From Atractiella rhizophila (taxonomy: Eukaryota), in the NCBI GenBank assembly GCA_021432655.1, contig MU271216.1, positions 1 through 64,000 on the forward strand: a stretch of 64,000 nucleotides of DNA, given 5' to 3'. The notes beneath the pieces were generated by a model. That model did not search any database. It worked only from the letters and a program-made list of their open reading frames with translations, and was not told the origin of the DNA. Positions 50,590-63,192 of the stretch are shown in pieces. The stretch's first letter is position 1, and every line of letters starts with the position of its first letter. Position numbers and translations under genes: made by a program.

Positions 50590-50724
50590 TACAGAACGAG
50601 TTTCTGTCCCAAGAATGATTCTACCCGCTCGTTTTGTCTGGAGGAAGGCAAAGATTTCTTCAGACCATATTACGTAGTTCGTATCATTGAGTTTTTCAGA
50701 GATAAAAGTGGAAGCATAAGACAT
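50590..50724 (-). mobile_element. Copia gag N-terminal fragment
   Basis: MSYASTFISEKLNDTNYVIWSEEIFAFLQTK...IILGTE matches the KL.xxNY.xW...L copia gag start pattern. Confidence 0.6.
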
Positions 50725-50895
50725 CTTGAGACTAATATGCAGTGTATTGATAGGTTGTTTGGAATAAGATACACACTTTGTAACCAAACTTAACAAGAAC
50801 TCCAAAGTTGAGGGTTACTGCACTATTATAGGATGATTGACATCCTTGCTGTGCGATAAAGCAGTCCAAAAGACTGCCTGATAACATCACAAGGG

Positions 50896-51610
50896 TAGGA
50901 GGCAAGGATGTAGGTGGGATTCTGTTCCTGATAGCATCAGGGTCGTACCACGGGTGCCTAAGAGGCAAGCATGTAGCCAGGATCTTGTTTGTAACAGAGG
51001 TAGGGTTGTACCCTAGGCAGCCAGGAGGCAAGGATTCAGCCAGGATCCTGTTCCTGACAGAGGCAGGGTTGTACCCTAGGTGCCCAGGAGGCAAGGATTC
51101 AGCCTGGATCTCGTTCCTGAAAGAGGCAGGGTTGAACCCTAAAGTACTGTTAGTAGACACACGCAGGGTTGTACCCTAGGTGGCGAGGAGGCAAGGATGT
51201 AGGTAGGATCCTGTTCCTGATAGCATCAGTGTCGTACCCTGGGTGCCTAAGAGGCAAGGATGTAGCCAGGATCTTGTTCCTGACAGAGGTAGGGTTGTAC
51301 CCTAGGCAGCCAGGAGGCAAGGATTCAGCCTGGATCTCATTCCTGAAAGAGGCAGGGTTGTACCCTAGGCAGAATCGTGTCCTGACACACGCAGGGTTGT
51401 ACCTTAGGCGACGAGGAGGCAAGGATGTATGCAGCATCCTGTTCCTGACAGCATCAGGTTCATACCCTGGGTGCCTAAGAGGCAAGGATGTAGCCAGGAT
51501 CCTGTTCCTGACAAAGGTAGGGTTGTACTCTACGCAGCCAGGAGGCAAGGATTCAGCCTGGATCTCATTCTTGAAAGAGGCAGGGTTGAACCCTAAAGTA
51601 CTGTTAGTAG
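50896..51610 (-). repeat. 63-bp tandem array (~11-12 units), inverted relative to 32441-32726, terminus-like motif present twice
   Basis: Core at 50939, 51002, 51065, 51128, 51165, 51228, 51291, 51354, 51393, 51456, 51519 and 51582; AACCCTAAAGTACTGTTAGTAG near 51135 and 51590. Confidence 0.93.
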
Positions 51611-51679
51611 ATCATCGATTGTCTCCTCATTGTGACGGTGGGAGTGGATGTAATTGCCTATGTTGACCTCTATTCTATG

Positions 51680-53260
51680 AGATCAAATAATGTCAGCTGC
51701 TAGATCAAGATTTGGAAGGCAGGCAATCAACACCTAGGGAGGTTGTATAATTCAGTGGCATAACTGACTTGAACATCACATACCTTTCCAAGATCTCGAG
51801 AATCCCTAGCAGTCCATTAAGTACAATTGATTCCAATACCAAAATATCGCCCTTCTTGAAAAGGAGGAATCAGCTGTAAGTATGAAACATTTATTTGTCT
51901 AAATGATTAAGCAATTGTAGAGACTCACGGTTGTCTATTTTGACTTTTTCTTGCTGCTTACTAAGGGCAAATGTCCACTTGACAATATGATCGAGGTAAG
52001 GGTTATTGACTTGATGGAGAATATCTGGTATCAACATTCCATGTATGTCACCTAGCCACTCTTGCCCAAAAAGAAAGGTCTACAGACCGATTTAATGTCA
52101 TTTTGAGGTGAACACTGAAGTGACATGTATAATTATGATGCAGCCCATACTCTTTAAGCTCTTTGCTCGAGAGATGATTACGCACTTGTGGAGAACCCTT
52201 GTTATCTCTGGGAGCATCAGTTCCACCTGACCCATCAAATGACAAGGGTCCTGCATCAATGCATCACCCCTTCAATACTAGGGCAAAAGAATCTGCTCCA
52301 TATAATCAGCCATCCAGGAACCAATTCTGAAGCACACATTTCATACCCATCCCTCAGGACCAAGCATTGGCATCCCAGTCCTTGCTTCAGATGGAAGTAC
52401 TAAGAAAAAAGTTCATAGACAATCATAAAAGAGTTCTCTATAGTATATACTGATGAGATCACTTTTATAGTCCTGCTCAGTTGCTGTGTATAATGTAAGC
52501 TCGAAAGCAGTCCTAAATTAATGGACCATTCTAAGAAGCACCACAAGGGATCAGAATAAGTCCACAAAGAACATTAGCACCGACTTAGAACTTTGACATA
52601 GCCTGTTTGAGTGATTGAGGAGGCATATTCCCAGCGGCCAGAATTCTGCATTTCCTTTCATTGAAGATGCAATTGTTTCATCAGAGCACCCTTGAAGAGC
52701 AATGCAAGTTGCTCCTTAGGAATGCAATCTATGTCAAAAGCAGAGAGTGTATGTACTACCACTCAGTTGTTAAGAAACATAGACCTGAGTTTCTCAAAAC
52801 CAATCACCTGTAACAGGCTCTGAATTTATGCAATTCCCCACTGCATTGAGCTCCTTATATGGTCCATAGGTTGTTTTGTGCTTGTAGCCTGGGTTTGCAA
52901 AGAGGAAAGTGACAACCTGGAGGATATCGCAAACCCAGAAGGTAGCATTTGTTTTTCAAGTTGGAGGAATTTGGGAAGCATAAAGTCTGTGGTCCAAATA
53001 TATGGTGGCTTTGTGCCAATGGATAGGACATGTTAAGAACTAATCAAGCTTGTTAAAGGTTAGAAAAAGTGCACAGTTTCTGGGCTGAAGAGGTCAAACA
53101 GGTAAAGCAAATGACAAATGGCCGTCCTGCTCAAATCCAAGTCAACAATAAACTCAGCCAGTCCAGTTCCAAACCAAGATGTAAATGGAAAATAAGTGTT
53201 TGAAGTTTGAAGTTGGTCCTGCTCTTCTTGAAGCTTTAGCAGGTATGGAGTCAAACTAGT
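51680..53260 (-). mobile_element. Second, heavily decayed Plavaka transposase relic
   Basis: Manual minus-strand translation gives YFPFTSW, FWVCDILQVVTFLFANP...NSEPVTGDWF*ETQ, GATCIALQGCSDET...GNAEFWP, WMADYMEQ, DIHGMLIPDILHQ...DHIVKW and WTARD, co-linear with the 36965-40081 protein. Confidence 0.85.
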
Positions 53261-53849
53261 TGCAAACAATGTCTGGCTCTTCATTTGTAAACTAGGCTTA
53301 GACATTTGGGATTAGGTTGACAATGTATGAAAGAATGTGTATATGCAGTAAAATTATTGTGTAACCTAATCTGACAGTTATATCACATGTACGGTGGGAG
53401 ATAAAGAAGATTGATTTGAAATCGAGAAGGTTTGAGGCTGTTCCCTTGGGGGAGATTAGGATCTTTGTGGTTGGATGGGTCAAGGTATCATCACATTTAC
53501 ATATGACCTCCACAAGCTCTTTTAAGGCATTACCTTCCATCTGGACTTTTAGGATATCTGAAGGATCGTGTTGATGTTCAAGCCGTAAAGCATCATATAT
53601 TCATGAATTATGATAGATAACAGCATTGCTTAGGCAAACTATTAAGTCCTAAAATGGGAGGTCAGCTTGCACAAGCACTAAAAGAAGGGGGGAAAAGGTG
53701 TTTGTAAGATGTGCCAGCGCGATCTCACAGAGCAGATCGTCACAGGCATCTACATCGGAGCTAGCAGAACATTTTGTGTAAAGTGGGCAGGTGAAATTAG
53801 TTTCCTCTGCCCCACGGTACAACTGGGATGATCAGAAGAGGAGCCTGGC

Positions 53850-54430
53850 CAGATTTTATTGTAATGACTGCGAGCTTCATAGTAGCTGCCGACCATCTTA
53901 AACTGACGGCTTCCTCATGAAGCTTGATCACCTCAAATATGCTACACCTGTCTTGAGCATAAACGAAACTTATGCTAGCAAGACGGTTCATTTGACCTCC
54001 AATGTCTTCCTCTTTGATATAAATGTCCTTTGCCTCCTCAAAACATTTCAGCGCTTCTGCCACCCACCTACGACGCTGCTCATTCTTCTCACACCCATCT
54101 ATATATTTTGTTAAAGAATTTGGTGGACGTTTGGTGGAAGCAGTTTTACATAATCGATTCCTGACACACGTGTTGGTGGAGGGAAAGGAATTGAATAATA
54201 AAGATTAGGAACAGAACCATTATAGCATTATATCCAATACGAATGAGATTTGGAACATTCAGCAAAGGCGATAAGTACTCGTCCTGCAAGATACAAGCTA
54301 TGATAAGTCATTTAAAGGCATCCGGATCATACAGAGAGATAATTTGCTTGTGTGGCAATGAGCCTCATCACAGAGAGAACAGATGTGAATCCACCGCAAC
54401 AATGTTCACCTTCACCTCCGAATGGGCATA
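53850..54430 (-). pseudogene. TPR-like repeat protein fragment
   Basis: AEALKCFEEAKDIY...GGQMNRLASISFVY...IKLHEEA helical repeat pattern; fragmentary. Confidence 0.4.
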
Positions 54431-55726
54431 GTATCAGCATACCGGTTTACTGTCTCCTTGAGAGATGAGCTTACCAGCGATCAGAGACAGACGTCGCAAT
54501 CTTTAGCAACATTAACATCCTCAATTGTAAGGGCAACATGGTGGTCAGTGTGATTTGCTGAGCTGAGCAAGTGGGTAGTTGGAAGGGTAAGATGGAGCAT
54601 TGAAGGGGCTAGTGGCTTGGGGTTAAGCATGAAAGGGCTATCGAAAAGATTGAGACAGAGGAGTATTTGATGTCCCAAGAGAAGACGTAGTGTTACCAAA
54701 TGATGTAGATGAACGAGGTTGGAAACTTCCATCCTAGCATCATTGAACATGATCTTCCAGTTATCTTCTAAAGCAAAGTGGGCTTGGTGACATTGCTCAT
54801 GAAGTTTTCCAACACATTGTTCAACCTTTGTGAAGAATTGGCCATTGTCCCTAGATCAGGGCAAGCGATGTGTGAATGATCATGCTTTGTATACATCCAA
54901 TGTTGAATGCACTGCATTTGAGTGAGTATACTGTTGGGCTTTATTCCCGGGGCATTTCCAGTTACTCACCTTCAAGGAACATGTGGCAGTACACTTCAAA
55001 TCCAAAGTCCCAATCTGCTTTCGATATGAGAAGGGCATCGGCTGTGTGCTTGCAGAAGATGGAAAGTCCCTGTTGACGATCATGACTCCCTAATCTGGCT
55101 TGCCAAATTTTGATGCTCACTCCAAAGATTGAAAGTCGCAATTGCCTCAGCAAGACTCATCCTTTCTCACTCTCCTAAAGGTACTTTAGGGTTGTCAGAC
55201 AGGATCAGGATCCTGGCCAGAAACCTGCCTTCTGGCCAACGATGGCATGCATGGTCATGATCCTGCCTGAACACTATAGGTCCAATATCTGAGGATAGCC
55301 ATGTCACGTTGATATTGTTGAAACAACCACTTGTTGCGGAAGTGGATGGAGTTTACGAATAGTAGATTTAGTTGATAGATGTTGATAGATGCCAACAACA
55401 ATTGCTGAACATGGGCGAGCAAAATCAGTACAAAACCCGGAATGAACAGTATATTGACTATGATGTTCTGCCGAATCGATCCTTCGTATTGTGGAGGTAG
55501 TAGCTGTGGGGGAGTATACAACCTCGCCAAGCTTCAGTCCGTTAGCGGCCAGGAGGACAGCCGACAATCTGCGGAAATGTCAATCCTTCTGGTTTGGTAC
55601 TGAAACCCCTCACTAGAAGTCAGTGAGATCCCTGTACTGATCGCATTCACAGTTTTCCTCCTCCTGTATGGGTCCGTTGGAGCTTTCAAATTTCAAGGTC
55701 ATACACTAGGGTAACGATTCAGAAAG

Positions 55727-56337
55727 TTAAACAGTATCGTCCCATGCGAGAACACCTGTCACCAAAAACGATACCTCCTGGTAAACCCATTTTGATAACC
55801 GCCCGTCTGGGCGATGTCTTCCGCCTTTCTTGAAAACATGCGTTTGGATTTGGTACGACGGAATGCTAGGATCGATGGTACTCGAGTCACAGCAAATAAA
55901 TCTCTGAAGCTCCGAGCCCATGAGGAAGAAGGTGTCTCCATCCCTCATTTGCGTCGTCACGTTTGCATTCGAGGACGTCAAGACATTGAGGAGCTTCAAA
56001 CCTTCCATCAAACCCCAACCATGCCCGAAAATTCGTAATCTCCTCAATCTCTTCAACACTTTCTTTTCTCTCTCCCCATACTGGCCCTCTAATGCTTTCA
56101 GGACGACCTCCGCTTTCCCTTGTTCATTATTCCCCGTGGGGAGTGCCAATGTTTCTAAGGTATCTGGCAGACCCTCAAGTGCTGCACCCCTTCCATGCAG
56201 AACATTCCCTCCAAGATCTACCAGAGCCTTAGGGCTCTTCATCGTCCCCAACATTGCGCCTAAGAAGCCGACGAAACAGTCGTCGTCCCAGGAGGCTTTC
56301 CAACACAAGGCTTCGATGAGAGGGCAGAGAGGCTCGA
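55727..56337 (-). pseudogene. 3' half of the F-box/LRR gene split by an inversion
   Basis: EPLCPLIEALCWKASWDDD...KALVDLGGN... directly follows SHLPIAV in the paralogue at 7100-7660. Confidence 0.82.
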
Positions 56338-56349
56338 GAGGAAACATAG

Positions 56350-57313
56350 ATGGCGTCCATTGAGTCTCTTCCCATCGAGCTCCTCACGCATATCATCGGG
56401 CTGCACCTCCTTGACCTTCAACATAGGCTTCCCGATGATTCGCAAGGATCCTCAGTTCCCTCCTCTCTATCCCCTGACCAGGTTGAGATTCTGTCAATAG
56501 TGGAATCACTTACACCTTACTAACAAAAGTGTACAGGCTAGGTCTCCAATTTGGTACTCCTCCTGGCTGCGATCCTATTCATACTCCTCATTCCGACTAC
56601 TTTCACTTGTTTGCAGACGCTTCTGAGTGGCAGCACTGCAATGCTGGTTGCATACTGTTTGTATATCTACTAGTACAACGGTTACGCGGGAGGGATATCC
56701 CAGTTTCAAAGCGATTGAATGGTTAACGCAAGTAGGGGTCATCAACGGAGGAATGGAGATGAGGCAGCGAGTGAAAAATGTTTCTTGGATTTTCGAAAAG
56801 GATTCCGAGGAACTAACTGAAGAAGGCACTTCGACTCGTAGAAAAGTGGCTTCAATAGTTTTAGGGAAAACTTTGGCTTTCTTTCCAAACCTGAGGGGGT
56901 TGTGGATCAGCTGGCATGCAGCTGATATCATGGATTTCCATCTTCCTCTAATCTTCAGCTTTGATGACAGCGAGGGCAGGAAGATGGACAACCTAAAACA
57001 GTTGACATTGAATCCCGATGACGGGGAAGATGAAAACACTCACCTTGGATGGATTGGCTTGGTGGATCTGGAAAGGATATCAAAAGTCGCTCCGAACCTC
57101 CAAATACTGACGGTTCACTACCTTCGTTCCTCCCCTTCGAACCCCCTGGTGAGGTGTCTAACTCCCCTTACCCATCTCGCCCTCTACGAGTGCAAGCTTC
57201 GACCGTCCGATCTCTCCACCCTCTTCCTCTCGGTCGCGGTCTCTCTCCGATCCTTGGCACTCATTCACCTCTCGTCCGACGGTTACTCCGCCTCGCATCT
57301 TCCAATGGCCGTC
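56350..57313 (+). pseudogene. 5' half of the F-box/LRR gene (inverted segment)
   Basis: MASIESLPIELLTHII (F-box), an intron, LLSLVCRRF*VAA, LRR-like units FPNLRGLWI, NLKQLTL, APNLQILTV, LTHLALYEC, LRSLALI; homology stops at SHLPMAV. Confidence 0.85.
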
Positions 57314-58307
57314 AGCTTGCCCCTCACGAGTGGAGCGGCTCAACACAGGAAACTTGAAGTGGAAGGTGGAAGAAGGTGGAAGGGGACCACACCCCTCAAC
57401 TTTCTAAGTTGGACCACTCTGATTTCTCACTTCTATTCCCAGAATTTATTAGAATCAGTTTCGAGGTGGTTGATGCGGCCATCAATCAGCAAACGGCATT
57501 TCTCCAGCGCATCCGCATGAGAAATGACTTTTGATCCAGGGTGTTATGAAACTGACTGTTTGATCCAGGTAGCCACAAGAATTGACTTTGATCCCCGTTC
57601 CCTAGAATGACTGGTTGATCAAACGCAAGTATATGACCATTGATCCAGGGCAGAGTAAACGATAACGGTCCTCTTTCCGCTTCCTTATAAACTATTAGAA
57701 CGCTGGATCAACTCAGTCATCACCATTCTAGTCCACCCGAGAAGGGAAACCTTTCTACACCACAGGAAAAGAGGGTGATCGCCGGCTGTCGTTTGTGAAG
57801 GACCATGTTTCCTTCGGTATGTTCAGGCGATCGCTATGGGGCCTATCCGACTTGATCGTAATCAGTTCTGTCGCGTGAGAGGAGAGTTCAATTGCAGGGG
57901 AACCCGAATCGTGCAGGGTGGTGGCGGAGGAGTCAATGGATTCTATTGCGCGAGAGCAGAGTTCTCTGCTTGGTGCGCTTCTATCGTGCAAGAGCAGACT
58001 TTGCTTGGTAGGGTTCTATCGCGCAAGAGTAGAATTCTGTCGACGATCTGCGTCTCACTTCGCCTCTGAATCCCCGCACACGCGGCCGTTTCTCGTGCTT
58101 CTTGAAAGACCATCAGCCAGTGAAGAACTTGAAGTCAATTATTTATCCATTAGGTCATGTCGATACTCAATCATGAGGAAAGAGGTACTCCGATGAAGGT
58201 CGTGGAGGACACTCTAGGAACACAGTTCATCCGCAGTTTCTGAGCGGTGGCTGTGGCCCTATACATCCTAGGATAGCTCCTCGGGTTTTTGTCACCTGCG
58301 CTATATG

Positions 58308-61300
58308 TAGGGATGCACAACGTCACAGGTTTGGCACCCGTGTGGGATACCCGCCAATTTTGACTTAAGTTGAACCAGAATCAACCCGCTCCTACCTGCC
58401 CGCTCCTGTGCACGGATGGCAAGACGCACGGTAGGTCCACCCAAACAGACCGGTCTCCATGCATGGTTATGCTTGTTGTACAGTCGGATGCCAGTCGTGA
58501 CCACGCCTCCTCTCGAATAGATGTTTCGGATTCTCTGGGTTAACCCCAGCTCGAGATTATTCCAACCCCAAAAGCAAGCTGGCTTCAACCAGATAACTGG
58601 GTATCAATGTGTCCACCGCCAAACCCCAACCAAAATGACTATAAAAGGCGCTCAGCCCTCCCACTGTCACCCTCAACGCATTGCTATTCCTTGACCACGA
58701 TGGCATCAACGAAGTCAATTTGGCAAATCAAACTGGTGGATATGGTGAAGAGGAATAATGAAGATGGGACTGTTTTTAGTGAGGCAGAAAGAAAGAAGCA
58801 GGAGCAAGAAGTGTATGCCAGTCCTTTCATCTTTCAACATGATGTGCAGTGTTGACTTTGTTTGTGCCAAGGACTTGACTATTCCTGGTTATGAGCAGCT
58901 TGAAGTGTTGATGTCGTCTGCCACAACTGTACGACGAGATAAGGACCATGTACATTGTTCCTCTCTCACACTCTCTTCAATTTTAACTGATCTCTGTATT
59001 AGGCTACATCTTGGCTTTATAAGACTTATGAGAACCTCAAGGCAATGCTCTCCTGCAAGCACGAAGACAATGACTGCCCATTTCATCGTTCATTCTCTGG
59101 ATACCGTCCTCTGTCTTCATCCGATTCTGGTTTTCGACACGGTCTCCAAAGCCTCAAAGTTCTCTGGGACGGATTATGCAAAAGTGAGAAAAATTATGGT
59201 ATCCCTCGTATCTCGTAAAGGCACGGAAGGCTTTATTATGTGCGGTCGCTGTTCACTTCCACATTGTCCGGGTTGGAGATCTAGAGTGGATGAGATTGGT
59301 GGTGATGGCGGCTTCTTCGTGCTGTCTTCAGGAGAAGACGATGATGAGGATGGAGGATGGTAAGGATGACGATGGCGACAAGGCGGAGGAGGTGGTGTCA
59401 AATCTGGAGCTGGCTGAGATGCTACCCACAAAAACAATGAAGAAGTCGAAGAAGCGTGGCCAGGTCTGTTGCTTCAATTCAGCGATCTCAAATGAATTGA
59501 ACATGTTTACAGAATCGCACAACTACTGCCATGTCCACAATGAAAGCTCTTAGTCCTCGCAAGATCCGTGCTAAGCAACAGTCAAAAGTATGCTCTTACT
59601 TTACATTCGGAATTCTTTCTTACCATCTATGTGTTTCAGTTGATAAGCTCTCGACACCGAGCAACCGTCCATTCCTTCTTCGAACAGATCCCTCCAGACG
59701 AAGCTCGTGTACCACTCCGTGTCAAGAGGGGTCACTGCGAAGGAGACAAATAGTATGGGTGCCATCACTTCGACTACATCTGCCGAGTGACAAAAGCAAG
59801 CCACAACAACTATTCCAGCCTCGAAGGCCGTCTCAGGACGGCTCAAAATCATAAAGGCGCCTATTCGCTCCATCAAAAGCTCCTTCTTCTCGTCAAGAAC
59901 GAGACTGATATACCTCAAGAAGATATGGATAAGGCTAGAGGGCATATTCCTGTTCGTATTTTCTCCTTAAGCGTTCATACTTCATTGTTGATCATGGCTC
60001 TTTGCTAGATTACAGATTCAGATAAGAAAAAAGCGAAGTTGCAAGCCTTCTTCATCAAGAAGATGATGAACCGGATGGCAGATGAGTATAATAGGCAGGT
60101 GAGTGCTGTATTAGATTCTTTTGCTACTTCTGACTTTGTGTAGGCATTTGATCAACAGATATTCGATGATCTCCTCCTCAAATACATGTCAGCACCGACC
60201 AGCCCTTCACGTCTGTCACCTCCATCGAATTCCTCGACCTTCTTCTGTACCTTCAGTGGACACTTCCAATCTCCAAGGAGCAAGAAATACCAGTTCCACA
60301 GGAGGGTCCTATCCCAGACGAGGACGATTCGGTAGCCGGTGATCAAGCAGTCACGGAAGTTGATGAAGAGAAAAAAGGTCTCAAACTGCAAAGCTGTGAA
60401 ACCATTAAGAGGAAGGTGTTGTCAATGACTAAGGATACTAAGGAGTGTTTAGGAGAACGCCTTCAAGTAATACTTTAGCTATCTCTGTTGCTTCAGTGCT
60501 CATTGCAGTTTCTCAGCCCTCAATGTGAAGATTCACCTTGCTCAAGATCTGCGGACCTCCGATAACTGCTATGCCTTTCTTGAGATCGTTGCTTCGTTCA
60601 TCAACGAAGGCTAGGTGCTGCAGGAAGTTCTTATTGACTTTCAAGAGATTGAAGGAGCGCATACTCGTGATGCCCTTACAGATGCAATCATGAAGACAGT
60701 TGACAACTATGGGATTGATCAGCATGTTTGTACAGCTGTTTTTTACACAGTGGACATTGGCTCAATGAATGCTTACAGCTAGGATGTATTACGGGAGATG
60801 GTGCATCAAACAACACGACTGCCATCGAAGGAATTGAGTCCCACGTGGTATACCGTTCTGCGCAAAAGAACGGTGTGTGTTCTGCTCTCCACATGTCATA
60901 CCTCTTGCTGCGATGGAGCTGTTGACGGTTATTGGTGCATTTCCAGAAAAGGAGAACAAAGTGATGGAGTCAGCTCTGTGGCAAGAGGAAGTGACAAGGA
61001 AGATCAAGGTTGGAGGGGGGAGTTACCTTTTGATGATGAAAAAGACATTGATGTTCAAGTCGGAATAGTGAAGGATACACTCGCCGAGGTACGTTGCTGA
61101 TGCCTCATTGATCTATTATGACCAATATTGCTACTGCCAGCTTCGCTCCATTGTCAAGCACGTTCGCTTAACACCCCAAAGACGAAAGACCTGGTTTACC
61201 TTGCTTGAAGACACTCTCAACGAGCTCGGAAAACTGTCGGAAGAAGAACACAAGATCCTTATCCTTGACTGCTGCACTCGCTGGTCCTCCACCCACGACA

Positions 61301-62628
61301 GGCTAGCACTCTGTCTGCAATATCGGGAGGCGATTGAAAGATATGTTGATCAGTACGGGCTGGAGAGACAGCGACTGAAGAAGGCGGAGTGGGACGGGAT
61401 AGAGGTAGTGACAACATGGCTTGAATCATTCCACAATGCAACTCTCGAGATGTCAACCACATCCACCCCATCTCTCTCGTCAACGCTGGGGATGGATTAC
61501 GGGCTTATGGGAGAACTGAGAGTTCATTGCAACTATGCCGGAAACCATTCCAACGGAATTTCGGGATGGTTTGGTGAAGGCTCATACAAAACTGAGCACC
61601 TACAACGCATTCTTGGATCAATCTCTTTACCCTCTTTGGTCTGTTATAAGTGTTTTTTCCTTGCCTACGCTACGCTTTCTTTGACTTGCAGCTATCAGTT
61701 CTCGACCCTCGCCTCAACCATTACTTCCTCGCAAGCCCAATATTCGATGAATACAGGGATGTGATTGTGGTGAGCAAAGCGGCCCAAATTGAGCAATTCA
61801 AGATCAACTACCTTCGTAAATGCCGTGTACCACCTTCTGACAGTTGCTCCCCTTCCAAATCCTTTCAAGCAAGATGATGAACCTATCGCCGTGTCGTATT
61901 CAGCTAAGCTTATGCATAAGGCTCAACAACGCATAAGTTTGGTGATTCAAGAGGAAGAGGACCACCAACCAAATATATGGTTCAGTCTGCCCCAACTACC
62001 CTGGACAAAAGATCCCCTGGAGGTTTATCGTACACGGTCGACAATAGATCTCAAAGAGTGGTCACAGATGGCCCGGGATATACTCTCCATTCCAGGTTGT
62101 TTTTCTCTTTCTTTCTCACATCCATTACTGAGCTAACAAGTCTTTGCTACGCAGGCTGTTCTGTGGCTGTTGAACGTGTCTTCAGCGGAGCTCGCGACTC
62201 TATTGGGATCCACCGTGCACGCCTCAAACTGGACACCATTCAAGCGCTCATGGTTCTTAAGGCTCAATTGCGCTGAGAGAGGGATCGGAAGACAAGGAAG
62301 GTCAAAACAGCTCTTGCTGCAATTGCCAAAGAGGCTTGATTTCTCAATTTTCTGTCTTAGCATTGAAATTGTCCTCTTTTTTGTTTGTTTTGTTGCTCAA
62401 ATTGCTTGATTTACACTCTTAAGGCTCCCTAGCCTCTGCCTTATTGTTAATACATGTTTATTGCATAGCGTAAAGCGTACATCCCTCACGCATCCCGTCA
62501 CGCGCAACTTCGACGTGTGGATGAGCCCTTCAGACCCGTTTTCACACACCTGCCAGCCTTCAGTCGACGTGAAGCAGCTCACGGAACCTCCAGCACCCAC
62601 TTCGTTCCCACCCCGCTATGCATCCCTA
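58308..62628 (+). mobile_element. Full-length hAT transposon with TIRs, 8-bp TSD and a decayed multi-exon transposase
   Basis: TIRs TAGGGATGCA.../...TGCATCCCTA; flanks GCTATATG (58300-58307) and GCTCTATG (62629-62636); motifs ITGDGASNN, CSPHVIPLA, ILDCCTRWSST, VLDPR, MARDILSIPG|SVAVERVFS. Confidence 0.93.
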
Positions 62629-63192
62629 GCTCTATGGCAGCACTATAGGATCACTACTATCACCCTATCAGCTCGAAAAGAGGGTTCCGCTCGACCCATC
62701 GAACCAAGAATCCCAGTTGGTTCTACAACGCATCTCATACGCCCTACAAGTCAAGTGGCGATTCATGGCCCTACCGGACGATTACCAGAACGAACCTGTG
62801 CTAGCTCAGAAACTCAAGGATTCATTTCCCTTGAACTTTCCGAACCCACCCACCTTTTAGGCCGTACAACGGTTAGAGAAGCAGCAGATACGGTTGCAAA
62901 GCTGTCGGAAGTTTATGTGGTGGAGTACAAGCCGGGTGACATTGTTATTCTTAAGGGAGCGGTCGTGGTTCACTGGATTGGCCGGTTTGAAGGGAGCGTT
63001 ATGGGTTAGTGTGGTTTTCTCATGAAGAAACTCAGTCTTGTATTTTGGATTGGTATGTTCTTCTCAGCACCATACACTTATCATTAAGCTAATGAATAAC
63101 TGGAGTTATATCAGTTATAATAAACGGTACAGGAAGCATCATGGCATGCAGAATTCTGAAGGAAGTAGTGATGAAGGTTAGTATATTTGGTT

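Noticed and set aside
50732..51666. ORFs with 21-aa repeats (LGYNPASVRNRILA..LPP), also at 32440-32864
   Set aside because: By-product of a 63-bp (multiple of 3) DNA repeat; frames are open on both strands and broken by indels.
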